Below are positions 45,070-55,317 of a DNA stretch of 64,000 nt, one piece after another. The position numbers were made by a program, and so were the translations under genes. This DNA comes from Corallochytrium limacisporum Hawaii (Eukaryota > Protista > Pluriformea). The notes under the pieces are model-generated. The model saw nothing but the letters and a program-made list of their open reading frames with translations, was not told the DNA's origin and made no database searches. The stretch covers positions 252,404 to 316,403 of the forward strand of contig PDIP01000019.1 of assembly GCA_002811645.1 (NCBI GenBank), given 5' to 3'. Within the stretch, counting starts at the first letter, position 1, and each line of letters opens with the position of its first letter.

Positions 45070-47442
45070 TTAGGCGGATGGTGCCGGCTGAGGCACAGAC
45101 TTGCTGTCCCCATCGTGGCCAGAGCGGCCACGACGGGTCCCGCGGTTACCACGTAGGGCGATGCGACCACCGCGGACGTTGCTACCGCGTCCGCCACGTC
45201 CGCCGTGTCCACCTTCGAGTGGCTTGAAGGGCTCAACGGTAACGTAGCGGTCTCCCATCTGGCGCTGGCTCAGCTGACAGGCCTTCCTGGCGTCTTCCTG
45301 GGTTGCGACAGTGATGGTGGCCATACCCTTGGCCTGCTTGTTCTGGTCGCGGTGGATGAAAATGTCACGAATGGCAATACCCTGCAGAAAACGGGACAAA
45401 GAAGACTCGGTGACATTGTCGGGCAGGCCCTTCATGAACACCTTAGGCTTGCTTGACAACTCGTCCCGGGAGCTTTCCGGCCGATTTGCGCCAATAATCC
45501 TTTCCGTGTGGCAGCGAATATTCACCAACTTGCCGTTCTGTACCATCATCAAAGAACCGTTGCGTGCATCGCTCGCAGTAAGTTGCAGTGTTGCACGGTA
45601 GGCGCGATGATGAATCACTTCCATCTCGAGCAGATTCCGTGCGTTCTTAATTAGGGCAATCTCCTTTGGACTGCATACAGCCTCATACTCTCTTTCCACC
45701 TGAGTAAAGATTGCATACAATTCGGCCTTGGCGTCATTAACAGCCATGGCGATCGGTTCTTTCATGGTCGAATCGTCAAAGACACTGGGTACCTTGGAGG
45801 ATCGCAGGGCTGGGGAGACTGAGTAGTCCGCCTTCAGCGCATGGCATATCTGATAGGCAATTGGGTTCTCCGCCGGTGTGATGTTGCTCACAAACACCCG
45901 CGTCTCGCGTGCAATGTTGAGCGACTTCAAAGCCACATTGTTGAGTTCACCCAGTTGCCACATGGTAACCCAGAGCTGACCACCGTGGCCAGCGACGTCA
46001 CTACTGTCCGAGTCCAGACCCATATCAAACAATGAGGTCATCACATAACCACCTCCCATGCCGAACACCCGGATAGTATTGTTGATAAGGAAGCTCTTGC
46101 TCTCATTGATGACGTGCAGATTCCTGACCCGGGCATCCTCCTCCACAAAGCGACGCACTACCCGGACGTCTTCTTCTGCTCCGTAGATGGCATAGACAGG
46201 TACTCTGAACCAATGCTCTCCGGTCATAAAGCTCGGGAGATCACTCAGTCCACGCTTGTCCATGACCTCCCTCAGCTTGTTGTCATCGTAGCTCAACAGA
46301 GTCTGCTTCACCTTCATGTTCGAGTTCTGCAGGTATGTGCGGAGGTCTTCGATGGGCAGCGTCCGCGCACTCTCCCGATCGTAGAATCCAAAGTTACCAC
46401 AGCAGACCACGGCGTTGGCCCCGTGTTCGTCCACTGCGTCGTTGATCGACCGCAGCTGACCCTGCAGGTTTGACAGAAACAGCACCCGGAAACCATTGAA
46501 ATCGCGGACTCTGGCCGCTGACTTGCCACCACGCTCACCACGCTCACCACGCTCTTCCTTGGTCTCTGTTGCCTTCCCTCCCTCTGCTACAACAGCCTTG
46601 GCGTCCTCGTCGGTCTTCGCCTTTTTCTCTGCCGCCTTGGCCGCCTTCTTGGCGTCCTTCTCCGCCTTCTCCTTCTCACGACGTTCCTTCTTCTTGGCTT
46701 CCTTTTCCTTCTTTACCTGCTCACGTTTCTTCCTACGCTCTTCACGAGCCTTCTCACGTTCTGCTTTCTCTTCAGGGGTCAGCTGCTTCTTCTCTTTGCC
46801 GTCCTTGCCTTCACCGTCGGCGTCATCTGCGTCCCCATCCTTTTCATCGCCGTCGTCTTCAGCACCGTCGGCTTCCTCCTTGTCTTCTGTGACGTCTTCG
46901 GGTGCCCCTGCTCCTGTGGGAGTTGCTTCTGTCGTCTCCTCCGCCGCCCACTCCAAGCGTTCTTCTGCATCAGTGGGTTCTTCTCCCTCTGCCTTTGCTT
47001 GCGCTGCACTTTTCTCAGCAGGCGCTGTTGTCTCCTCAGGTTCTGCTGTATCTACCTCTGTTGGCGCTTTCGCTGCCTCCACAGGGGCTTCTGTTGCTGC
47101 CTCTGTCGGTGCTTCCACCGCTTCAACAAGCTTAGCCTCCTCCTGGACGGACTCTGTCACCTCTTCCGCCCCAGTAGATTCCTCCACCGATTTAGCGGGT
47201 TCTGCTTCTGCCTGTTTGGCCTCAGCGTGTGTCGATTCCTCTACCTTAGGCTCAGGAACAATTGTCGACTCGGCGGGCTTGTCCTCTACGGCAGGATCTT
47301 TCACCTCTGACTGCTCTGCAGCCTTGCTTTCCTCCGTCGCGGAAGGCTCTGCTGCCGAAGGTGCACTATCCGACGACGTAGGCTTCTGCTCCTTGCTATC
47401 CTTGGCATCCTTGCCACCCAACCCGAGGAATGATTTGAGCAT
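45070..47442 (-). CDS. RNA-binding protein: acidic/charged N-terminus, degenerate calcineurin-like metallophosphoesterase domain, RRM and RGG tail
   Basis: VLFLSNLQG / VVCCGNFGFYD / VYAIYGAEED / VFGMGG phosphoesterase-like strands; RRM KVFMKGLP (RNP2) and KGMATITV (RNP1); GGRGGRG tail. Confidence 0.8.
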   Translation of the reverse strand: MLKSFLGLGGKDAKDSKEQKPTSSDSAPSAAEPSATEESKAAEQSEVKDPAVEDKPAESTIVPEPKVEESTHAEAKQAEAEPAKSVEESTGAEEVTESVQEEAKLVEAVEAPTEAATEAPVEAAKAPTEVDTAEPEETTAPAEKSAAQAKAEGEEPTDAEERLEWAAEETTEATPTGAGAPEDVTEDKEEADGAEDDGDEKDGDADDADGEGKDGKEKKQLTPEEKAEREKAREERRKKREQVKKEKEAKKKERREKEKAEKDAKKAAKAAEKKAKTDEDAKAVVAEGGKATETKEERGERGERGGKSAARVRDFNGFRVLFLSNLQGQLRSINDAVDEHGANAVVCCGNFGFYDRESARTLPIEDLRTYLQNSNMKVKQTLLSYDDNKLREVMDKRGLSDLPSFMTGEHWFRVPVYAIYGAEEDVRVVRRFVEEDARVRNLHVINESKSFLINNTIRVFGMGGGYVMTSLFDMGLDSDSSDVAGHGGQLWVTMWQLGELNNVALKSLNIARETRVFVSNITPAENPIAYQICHALKADYSVSPALRSSKVPSVFDDSTMKEPIAMAVNDAKAELYAIFTQVEREYEAVCSPKEIALIKNARNLLEMEVIHHRAYRATLQLTASDARNGSLMMVQNGKLVNIRCHTERIIGANRPESSRDELSSKPKVFMKGLPDNVTESSLSRFLQGIAIRDIFIHRDQNKQAKGMATITVATQEDARKACQLSQRQMGDRYVTVEPFKPLEGGHGGRGGRGSNVRGGRIALRGNRGTRRGRSGHDGDSKSVPQPAPSA

Positions 47443-49596
47443 CTTTTTTCGAAAGATTCAAATTTATCACTCAGGTAATGTAGTTCACTATTGGTTTAAC
47501 TGTGGTGATCTTAAGGTTGATCATGCCAATGACAAGGCCCTCTCGTTTTGATCTAGCTTGCACTTCGACGTCGTCTCTCACAGAGAAGGACTTCGAAGCA
47601 CAAGCAATGAAGACGTTGTAAGAATGGTACAATCCATTTCATCCTATGCATCCCAATGTCCACCCCGCACACACAAGAGCACACGGACTACCATCTCTCT
47701 TCGGTGTGTGTATGGTTTGGGCCTTCTCCTTGGAATTCCACCCCACAGCAGCGAGGCCCAGGCAAACTGAACCGTAATTCGCGCAATAACCTTAAAACTT
47801 GAAATTGAACCAACGCATCAGTATACTGAAACAATCGCCATCAATTCACTGAGAAGCGCACCTCTTGGCAACAACAATCAAAATCTCTCCTTTGCACCGG
47901 TCACATGCTGGGCAAGCCAGAGTTGCGTTCAGCTCCCGCCTCCCGCCCCGGTGCACTTCCACCTGGCCGGCCCCACACACCCCGCTGCCTGCTGCCTGCC
48001 CTGGCCCCCTGCCTCCCAGAGTCAAAGCGCGCGCAGCCTCCCCCCGCCGCCTCCTTCTCCTTCCCCGTCGGTTCCCCCCGCACCCCACCCCCCCTTCCTC
48101 TCCCCTCCTTCTCCCCTCTAAACTCCAGCGGCGGTGACGGGCCTCTTTCGTCTCCGCCTGCGCGCGCGACTGCGGGGCGGAGGCCCGAACAAAGGCACAC
48201 AGTCAAAAAAAAAAAAAGAAAAAAAGGGAGAAAAAGGTAAAGAAGTAAAAAGGCAAAATAAGGAAATGGCAAAACAATATACGGACGATCTATCTGTTCC
48301 TTGATTCAATATGTATTCTAGAAATACGCCCCCCCCCTGCGGGGCCAAGCTTCTCCACCCCCCCCTCTCTGGCAGCTGCGCTTGCGGGGCGGGTCCCGCG
48401 GCGTAAACCTTCCCGCCGCCCGCTCCCTTTGAGGCTGGCTTGGGTAGCGGGCACTTGGGGTTCTCCAGCGGAAAAGGGGGAAACCCGTGATTTTGCCGGT
48501 AGACGAAAAGAAAAAAAAATGAAGAGAGAGAGAAAGAAGAGAAATTTATCACCTAACCCCCCCTCCCTCCCTTCCGTTTCTTTCCCTTTTCCACGGTGAA
48601 TTCACTCTTCTTAAAGGTTTTTTTTTTTGTTTTCTTCCATTCCTCCCCTGTTTTTTTTGGTGTTTTTTTTTCGCCCTTTTCTTGGTTCAATCATCGTCTC
48701 TCTCGCTCTCCCTTGTCTCTTCTCTCTTCTCTCTGTGTGTGTGTGTGCGGTGGTTCACCAGTTCAAACGGTGCCTCTGCGGTCTTGGCGAAGCGGGGCGA
48801 AGCAAGGAAGGAAGCAAGAGAAGAAGTAAAACCCGAGACCGGGCGACGGAGAGGAGGAGCCGAGAACGGTAATCACATGCTTAGGAATAATCGTTAGTAC
48901 ATTTACCATATGATCAACACCCGGTCATGGGCGGGGGGAAGCGGTGGTGATGTGAGGTACGCTTGAATTTCTTGGTGTCCCGTACGTGGCAGGGGTCAAA
49001 AACCCGAAGAATGCGGCGTGCCACGTCAAAGGCCCGCCAGCGCCCAGCGCCCCAGCGCTGGCTGTCGTCGGGCGAAAGCCAAGGCCGCCGCCCCCCCGGG
49101 GGGGGGGGGCCGGTGTCCGTGGATCTGTCAGGCACGCTTGCCTCCTCCTTTGACCTCACCCACTTTCATCTTAGCGTATATTTAATACTTAATATACGTA
49201 ATATTTCGTGCTCTTTTGGCAGCAATCGCCCAGTCACTGACGGGGGAATGACCTCCCGCAGAGCACCCTTGTGCGCAGAGACAGCGGGCGAAACCGACCG
49301 GACGGTCCCGACACGCCGATCGGCGCCGCGGGCCGCTACCCTTCCGTTCGTCTCTTGCTGCGACGCTCCGACGGCGGTGGCAATGCACCGCCCCATCCAT
49401 CTTAGCACTGCCTCATCGACGACTACAAAAGGTATAGAGGGGCAAACAACGTTGTAGCGTCATTGGATGAAGATCTTCATGAAAAGTAGATGGCGGGTCC
49501 TTTGAAACGACGGAATGTGATTGCAACGGCTTACCTGTGAGTTTTGGTCAGGGGAAAGTGACAGTTAGGAAAATGCCATATTAAAAAGCTGTAGCA

Positions 49597-51609
49597 ATGT
49601 ACGAAACACGAAGCATAGACACTAGACAGCGGCGAACGAGCTGGCTGAATTCGTATGATTGGTGGCCAACCCACTCGGCAGCTGAAAGGCCAGGAGCACC
49701 GGAAGAAACCGTAGAACAACAGGAGGTCGCGGGCGATATCCAAACTACGATTACAGACCTTCCCTACGAATTGCAGCGTTGCATCGTGGATGAACTAGAT
49801 GGGCCGACAGTTGCACAGCTGGGAGGCACATGCAAGCAGCTCCACGAACAATTCGGGACCGACGAAGAGTTATGGCACGAGATTATGTTAAGGGACTACC
49901 CATTCGTAGCAAACGGTATCAAAATATCACATCCGCGCAACAATAGTTGGCGTGACAACTACAAGCGGGCTTACCGTCTGAGTCGAAGGGCTGCGGCACT
50001 GTCAGCGTTTCAAAAGTCTCCAACGGGACAGATTGAACGCATGTTCCAGGCGGGAGAAACAAACGCGATCGGCAGTCGCGGCAGGCGGGCCCTGGCTGAC
50101 ATGCCGGCTTGGCGGAGGCCGATCTTCCTATCTATAGGCGTGGTAGTGTTTGTGCTTGTTACGCTATTTTATGCCATCTGGTATCTGCTTCAGGCACTCT
50201 GGTACGGATCTATCACGGTGGTGCGGGAAACCACCAAAGCATTCGCAACGGGAGTGGTATGGTTTGCAGACCGATTGCCCACATTCACGATGTACACAAT
50301 TGAAGGAATCATCCAGGCGTCTGAAATGCTATGGTATGGCATCCGCACCGCCAGCGTGACCTTCTACCGGTCTACTGTAATCGCCCTCGAGAGTGGAGTC
50401 GCCATTTCCAACGGAACCATAGAGGCAACGAGGCAGATCTACGCGGCAGCGGAAAAGAGCACTGCGCGATACGCGCCGGTGGTGCGAAAGCTGATCACTC
50501 CAGTAATTGGAGGGGTGCGTGCAGTTGTCGGCACCGTGGTTATGGTCATCGGGTTGATTATGACCACGATGGGGGCCCTATGGCAGCAGTCGGTGAAACC
50601 GTTCCTAGTGGAAACCGGAGGGCAGATTCGGCGGGATGTGGTTTGGATCGGAAAGACCGTTTATAGGGGGCTTGAACTTCTGGGGGAGGGTATATGGATG
50701 ACCGGAGAAGTTATGTACAGTGGCAGTGCAAGAGCTGTGGACTTGATGGTCACCACAGCAGGTGCCATCTGGGAGCACGTCCTTTGGCCGACTCTGAGCA
50801 TCACAGCCGATGGCTTGCGAGTTAGCGTTGATTTCCTAGCGCAAGTGATCGAGACCACTGGTAGTCTGTCTGTCACGTATGTCTTCAACCCTCTGAAGAA
50901 TGGGACTGTAATGGTTGTGGGCGCAATGGGCCGTGGTGCGAACCAGGCTTTTGGTCCTCTGGTCTCTGTACTTCGCGTTGTCCAAGCCAAGGTCGTGCAG
51001 TACGTCCCTTACGTCGTAAACAGGGTAGCCGATGCTATAGGCTTTGTGCTGACCCGCAGTCTGGTGTTCACACTGAAAATACTCATTTTTGTGAGCAAGC
51101 ACATCATTCTCCCGATCATTGGTGGCATTGGAGAGGCTGCCCGCATGGTCGCACCTTTTGTGAACGTGACCATTGACTTTGCCAAATACTCTGCTTTGCA
51201 GATCCAAGGGGCATCTCGTGAGGTGGGCAACTTCCTGAGGGTTCTGGGACAAGGTATCCGCCAGGGACTCGGTATCATGGGCAGGCATACGGTCGTAGCC
51301 TACGAGCACCTCTCTCCATACGCCAAGGACGTCATCCGCCACACCTGGGCCGCAACCCTGGAGGCTTACAGGCTCATGGCTACGTTTGTAGCAGCATCCT
51401 TGACCATCGCAGTGGAAGGCATGAAATGGGGAGTCGAGTACGTGCAGCCAGTGGTCGATGTGTTAAGACAGTTCATGATTGACTTGTGGCAGAATCTGAT
51501 CCCGGTGTACGAGGTGATCGCTGCAGAGGTCAAGGATCTCACTATCCAGATCAAGGGAATGTCGAAGGAAGCAGCCGCGGCAGTACGCGATGCATGGAAA
51601 CAAGCCTAA
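49597..51609 (+). CDS. F-box protein with transmembrane segment and long amphipathic helical repeat region
   Basis: F-box ITDLPYELQRCIVDELDGPTVAQLGGTCKQLH...LW; hydrophobic IFLSIGVVVFVLVTLFYAIWYLL; ~450 aa of amphipathic helices. Confidence 0.8.
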   Translation: MYETRSIDTRQRRTSWLNSYDWWPTHSAAERPGAPEETVEQQEVAGDIQTTITDLPYELQRCIVDELDGPTVAQLGGTCKQLHEQFGTDEELWHEIMLRDYPFVANGIKISHPRNNSWRDNYKRAYRLSRRAAALSAFQKSPTGQIERMFQAGETNAIGSRGRRALADMPAWRRPIFLSIGVVVFVLVTLFYAIWYLLQALWYGSITVVRETTKAFATGVVWFADRLPTFTMYTIEGIIQASEMLWYGIRTASVTFYRSTVIALESGVAISNGTIEATRQIYAAAEKSTARYAPVVRKLITPVIGGVRAVVGTVVMVIGLIMTTMGALWQQSVKPFLVETGGQIRRDVVWIGKTVYRGLELLGEGIWMTGEVMYSGSARAVDLMVTTAGAIWEHVLWPTLSITADGLRVSVDFLAQVIETTGSLSVTYVFNPLKNGTVMVVGAMGRGANQAFGPLVSVLRVVQAKVVQYVPYVVNRVADAIGFVLTRSLVFTLKILIFVSKHIILPIIGGIGEAARMVAPFVNVTIDFAKYSALQIQGASREVGNFLRVLGQGIRQGLGIMGRHTVVAYEHLSPYAKDVIRHTWAATLEAYRLMATFVAASLTIAVEGMKWGVEYVQPVVDVLRQFMIDLWQNLIPVYEVIAAEVKDLTIQIKGMSKEAAAAVRDAWKQA

Positions 51610-51675
51610 AGTTGGAGTATAATGATTTAGTAGTACTCGTTTTCTTTCACCCTGTGGTCAGTCTTATGTAGTTAT

Positions 51676-53448
51676 TCAGACGAGCTCTCCAAAACCACAC
51701 GCGGTTATAAATTCCTTTGTGTCAATGGGTAGCTGCAGAACAGACGCCAGAATCATTGCTGCAGCCGCAGCGCCGGGGTCTGCCTTACCTTTTGTGGCTG
51801 CTTCGTCGAGGTACGAGGACCGTCCTGCCCTAGCGGCCATGTCCTTAGTCTTGATGGCTGCCTCTTTGGCTGTCTCGTAGGCCTTCTTTGGGACCTCACC
51901 AGCATCCAGCGATCGCGCAATCCTAATGAGAACATCAAGGAAGGTGCGGCTGCCCTCGGGCGCATCGCTGATCTTCATGACGTTCTCCACGATGTTCGCA
52001 GTGAGGAAGTTCTGAGTGGCGTTGTTGCTGCACTGTTCGAAGAGTAAACTGAGGACTGCGCCTGATGTGCCACCTCCGGCAGAGCAGACCCGACCAAGCT
52101 TATCAGACAACCCGGCTACACTCTCCTTGGTTTCAACGTCTCCTGCGACGCACTGACTTTCTAAATCTACGCGTAATCGCTTGGCAATTTCCTCCAGTGT
52201 ACTACCCAAGTCTGCATCACCGAGGGTTCCATCCATGCGGTTCCACAGGGCAACGTTTTCACTACTGACGGCGTCGATGGCCCGGTACAGTGCATCCAAG
52301 TGCCCCTGCTGCACTGTGACCGGTTTGCCGGCATCGTCATTGACAGCAGCCCAAGTTTTTTCCTTGGCCTCAAATTGGCTGGCGCCGATGAGCATGCGGT
52401 ATAGAACGGGAGCATCTGGAATGCCTGGAGGTTGGAACTCTAGAGCAGTCTGCAGCTCATCGTTCGACAGCAGCTCATTCTTCGGCAAGACAAGCACAGT
52501 TATGGAAATGCCACACATGTCCAAAGAGGTCATGTACGTACCAAAGCCGCAAATGACATCGCTGGCCTGTCCGATTCCAAACGCATGCATTACTTTCTTG
52601 CACACGGTCGGTACCATAGCCATGGTCTCCAAGTTCGTCAGTGACCCCAGATTGTTCACAAGGATGGCCCAGGCCGCCTGGCTGAGGTCTCCATCACCAG
52701 GGTTGTGCCCATCTTTGAGACAATCGACGATCTGCTGTGTGGCCTGTGCAGCAGTTGGTACTTCCTTCAACTTGAACAGTCCAGACTCGCCGTGGATGCC
52801 CATGCCCAGCTCTGCCACCATCTCTTCAACTTCGCAAATGCTCTGATTAGGCAGGGTACAGCGGGACAAAGCCAAGCCAACAGTGGCAATCGACCGAGCC
52901 AGAAGCTCACCAAGCTCCTTCAAGGCTTCCACCGAATGTTTATCATTGTAGTAGCCCAGAATTTTGTGCACTAGTACCGTACCTGCCAGACCTCGACGCC
53001 CCGCACTCTTGGCCTTCTTGACCAAACTGGCGTCCTCGCCGACTATTATCATTTCCACCTTCAGGCCGCGCTTGCGGCATCGCTCCTGGGCAATCGCAAA
53101 GTTCAGCCTGTCACCAGTATAGGACTTTACAATGAGCAGAGCACCAGCCTTTCCTGTTACTCGCTGAATGGCAGACTCGATCTGAGTCACGGACGGAGAG
53201 GCAAAGACATGGCCGCAGACCGCAGCAGCCAACATGCCCTTTCCGACGAAGCCTGCGTGGCTCGGTTCATGGCCACTACCGCCTCCCGAAATAAGAGACA
53301 CTCTAACGTCTTTGTATTCATCAATAGCAGCATCATAAACGACATCAAGCTCTTCCGAATAAACCAGACCGGGTCTGCACATCACAAGGCCACTCAGAGC
53401 CTTGTGTACGATATTTTCATCGTGGTGAATGAGGTGTTTTCCGCTCAT
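51676..53448 (-). CDS. TKFC: Dihydroxyacetone kinase / triokinase (DAK1 plus DAK2 domains; TKFC-like)
   Basis: ISGGGSGHEPSHAGFVG, YTGDRLNF, GRRGLAGTV, GMGIHGE, GDADLG, GGTSG, ARAGRSSY and DPGA. Confidence 0.9.
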   Translation of the reverse strand: MSGKHLIHHDENIVHKALSGLVMCRPGLVYSEELDVVYDAAIDEYKDVRVSLISGGGSGHEPSHAGFVGKGMLAAAVCGHVFASPSVTQIESAIQRVTGKAGALLIVKSYTGDRLNFAIAQERCRKRGLKVEMIIVGEDASLVKKAKSAGRRGLAGTVLVHKILGYYNDKHSVEALKELGELLARSIATVGLALSRCTLPNQSICEVEEMVAELGMGIHGESGLFKLKEVPTAAQATQQIVDCLKDGHNPGDGDLSQAAWAILVNNLGSLTNLETMAMVPTVCKKVMHAFGIGQASDVICGFGTYMTSLDMCGISITVLVLPKNELLSNDELQTALEFQPPGIPDAPVLYRMLIGASQFEAKEKTWAAVNDDAGKPVTVQQGHLDALYRAIDAVSSENVALWNRMDGTLGDADLGSTLEEIAKRLRVDLESQCVAGDVETKESVAGLSDKLGRVCSAGGGTSGAVLSLLFEQCSNNATQNFLTANIVENVMKISDAPEGSRTFLDVLIRIARSLDAGEVPKKAYETAKEAAIKTKDMAARAGRSSYLDEAATKGKADPGAAAAAMILASVLQLPIDTKEFITACGFGELV

Positions 53449-54197
53449 CTTCCCTCAACAGTACCAATACCACAGGTGAGCCCTACTGCGATACTATGGG
53501 GCATTAGATGGTGAGTAACAGGCCGATCGCAGATTGTATTGTCTCGAGTACCATCCCGCCCGCAGAGTCCGAACGGTATACAGTCCCGGATGCCGGTGAG
53601 ACCCGACCCAAACATTTCCCCCAGTGGCTCTCAACTCCTGCTGCAATCAAGAGCTGCATACGTAAATCAAAATATGCAGCTACATAAATTTGACTTTGAC
53701 ACGATGAACACTTTTGATTCCGTGAAAGTCGTCTTCCCAGTCATAAATATATACCGTAGATGTTGTATCTAAATCAATTGGTGATTCCACGATTTTCTGC
53801 CCCACCGTGCGGGGCGGTTCTCATTTTCCTCGTCGGATTCGCTTGCCAGTGCCAAGCCAGGCCTGAGTTAAAAAAAAAAAATCATAGAGAATGTTTCCGG
53901 TAGGGCGTGAGAGCAAGACTTTTACTACTGCACATGCCTACTTTGCCCGGCCTTCCAGTTCCCTGCGGGCATCTAAAGACCCACCCACCCAGAATCGCCC
54001 GGTAGAGAATTCCGGAAGGAAACGAATTAAGGAACCGAGGGCATGAGCCAATCTCAGTGACTTGTGCATGCAGTACTTTTTTGTGATGTAAATCTAAGGT
54101 ATATGAAGTCTTTATTGACCGTGTATAATAAATTCCATACTACTTTCCCGCAATGTAATAAATGATATACAGGGCTCAGGTGAGAATAATCACAAAA

Positions 54198-54509
54198 ATG
54201 GCTTTCTTCCAGCGGCTGGTTTCCCACCTCGTTAATGACTTCCTGCACAAGGCTCTGGTAAATAGCAGGACATTCCAGAACCTGGCCTTCAAAACACACC
54301 AGAATGTGACCAAGGTCCAGAACCATGGAAAGCAGGTCTTTGACAAAGTACGTACCTCCGAGGACGCCCAGAAACTGCATGCTCAGGCGCAGGCTAATCT
54401 GAAAGACTTAGGTGGACAGGCCACTTCTACGGTGAAGCAGGGTGGTGTCTTCATCAATGCATTTATGAATAATCTAAAGAAAGGTATACAGGACGCCAAT
54501 AAGAAGTAA
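54198..54509 (+). CDS. Small, probably mitochondrial protein, NCBP2AS2/Mrx7-like
   Basis: 103 aa starting aaaaATGg; MAFFQRLVSHLVNDFLHKALVNSRTFQNLAFKTH...FINAFMNNLKKG resembles this small-protein family. Confidence 0.6.
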   Translation: MAFFQRLVSHLVNDFLHKALVNSRTFQNLAFKTHQNVTKVQNHGKQVFDKVRTSEDAQKLHAQAQANLKDLGGQATSTVKQGGVFINAFMNNLKKGIQDANKK

Positions 54510-54580
54510 TAATTTATAAAGAACACAATGCATGCGTGGCGGTGGGCGTTGAATTGGCTGGCGCGGAAATAGAGTATGGC

Positions 54581-55001
54581 TTAAGGATCGAGGTGACCGA
54601 GCTTGAAGTCATTGAGTAGTTGTCTGTTCTCCAAGCGCAGTTCTCCTGCCTCATCGGACCATTTGGTATTTGACTCTTTTGATGTCACCGATAAGGGTAT
54701 CGAGTGCTTCCTAGGAATGAAAGTATCGGAGGTCAACGCACACAGTTAGCAAACACATTCGCATTAAAATAGAAAGGGACGGGGTCCTCAAAATGACATC
54801 TTAAAATACATACGGTAATAATACCTTCATAAATCGTTTCAACATTTGTCAAGCGATTGCGAAGATCCCTGGTTCCTTCATCCTTTGATCGAGTCTCTTC
54901 CGTAAATCGATTCACATGCTCAACTTCAGCCTGGAGCGTTCTGATCAGCATGTCCTTCTCCTTCAATTGCCGCTCGTACTCCAGGAGCTTTTTGGAGGCA
55001 T
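54581..55001 (-). pseudogene. Frameshifted, shortened CCDC153/DRC12-like coiled-coil gene with one intron (54711-54813)
   Basis: Exon ...RDLRNRLTNVETIYEGIIT|GTATGT...GCTAAC...CCTAG|EALDTLIGDIK; after a +1 shift, ESNTKWSDEAGELRLENRQLLNDFKLGHLDP*. An upstream ATG encodes MPPK but is out of frame by one base. Confidence 0.55.
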
Positions 55002-55317
55002 CTTGGCTCTATTTCTCACAGACCCGCCGGCTCTTACACGGCTTCAAGCGCGGACACTTCGAATGGAAAGTATGCACCATTGAGTTGCGCAACAGACGGC
55101 AGGGAAGACAAAGCACAACACGACTTTGGGACAATTCAGGCAACACACCAATGTGTGTTAGAAACTACTTCAACGATGTGATTTTATTTAGATTTTGTGT
55201 TGTTCATATTCTATGCAAGACGAATGGGAGTCATCGTCTTTCTGGAATTGCATGTGATCCCAAAGACGGTGATGTGGATTGTGTTTTGTTGTTTAGAAAT
55301 CCATACGCTTTCTTAGT

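Noticed and set aside
46496-47551. 351-aa Ser/Ala/Phe-rich + strand ORF
   Set aside because: Antisense of the low-complexity Glu/Lys/Ala region of the RRM gene.
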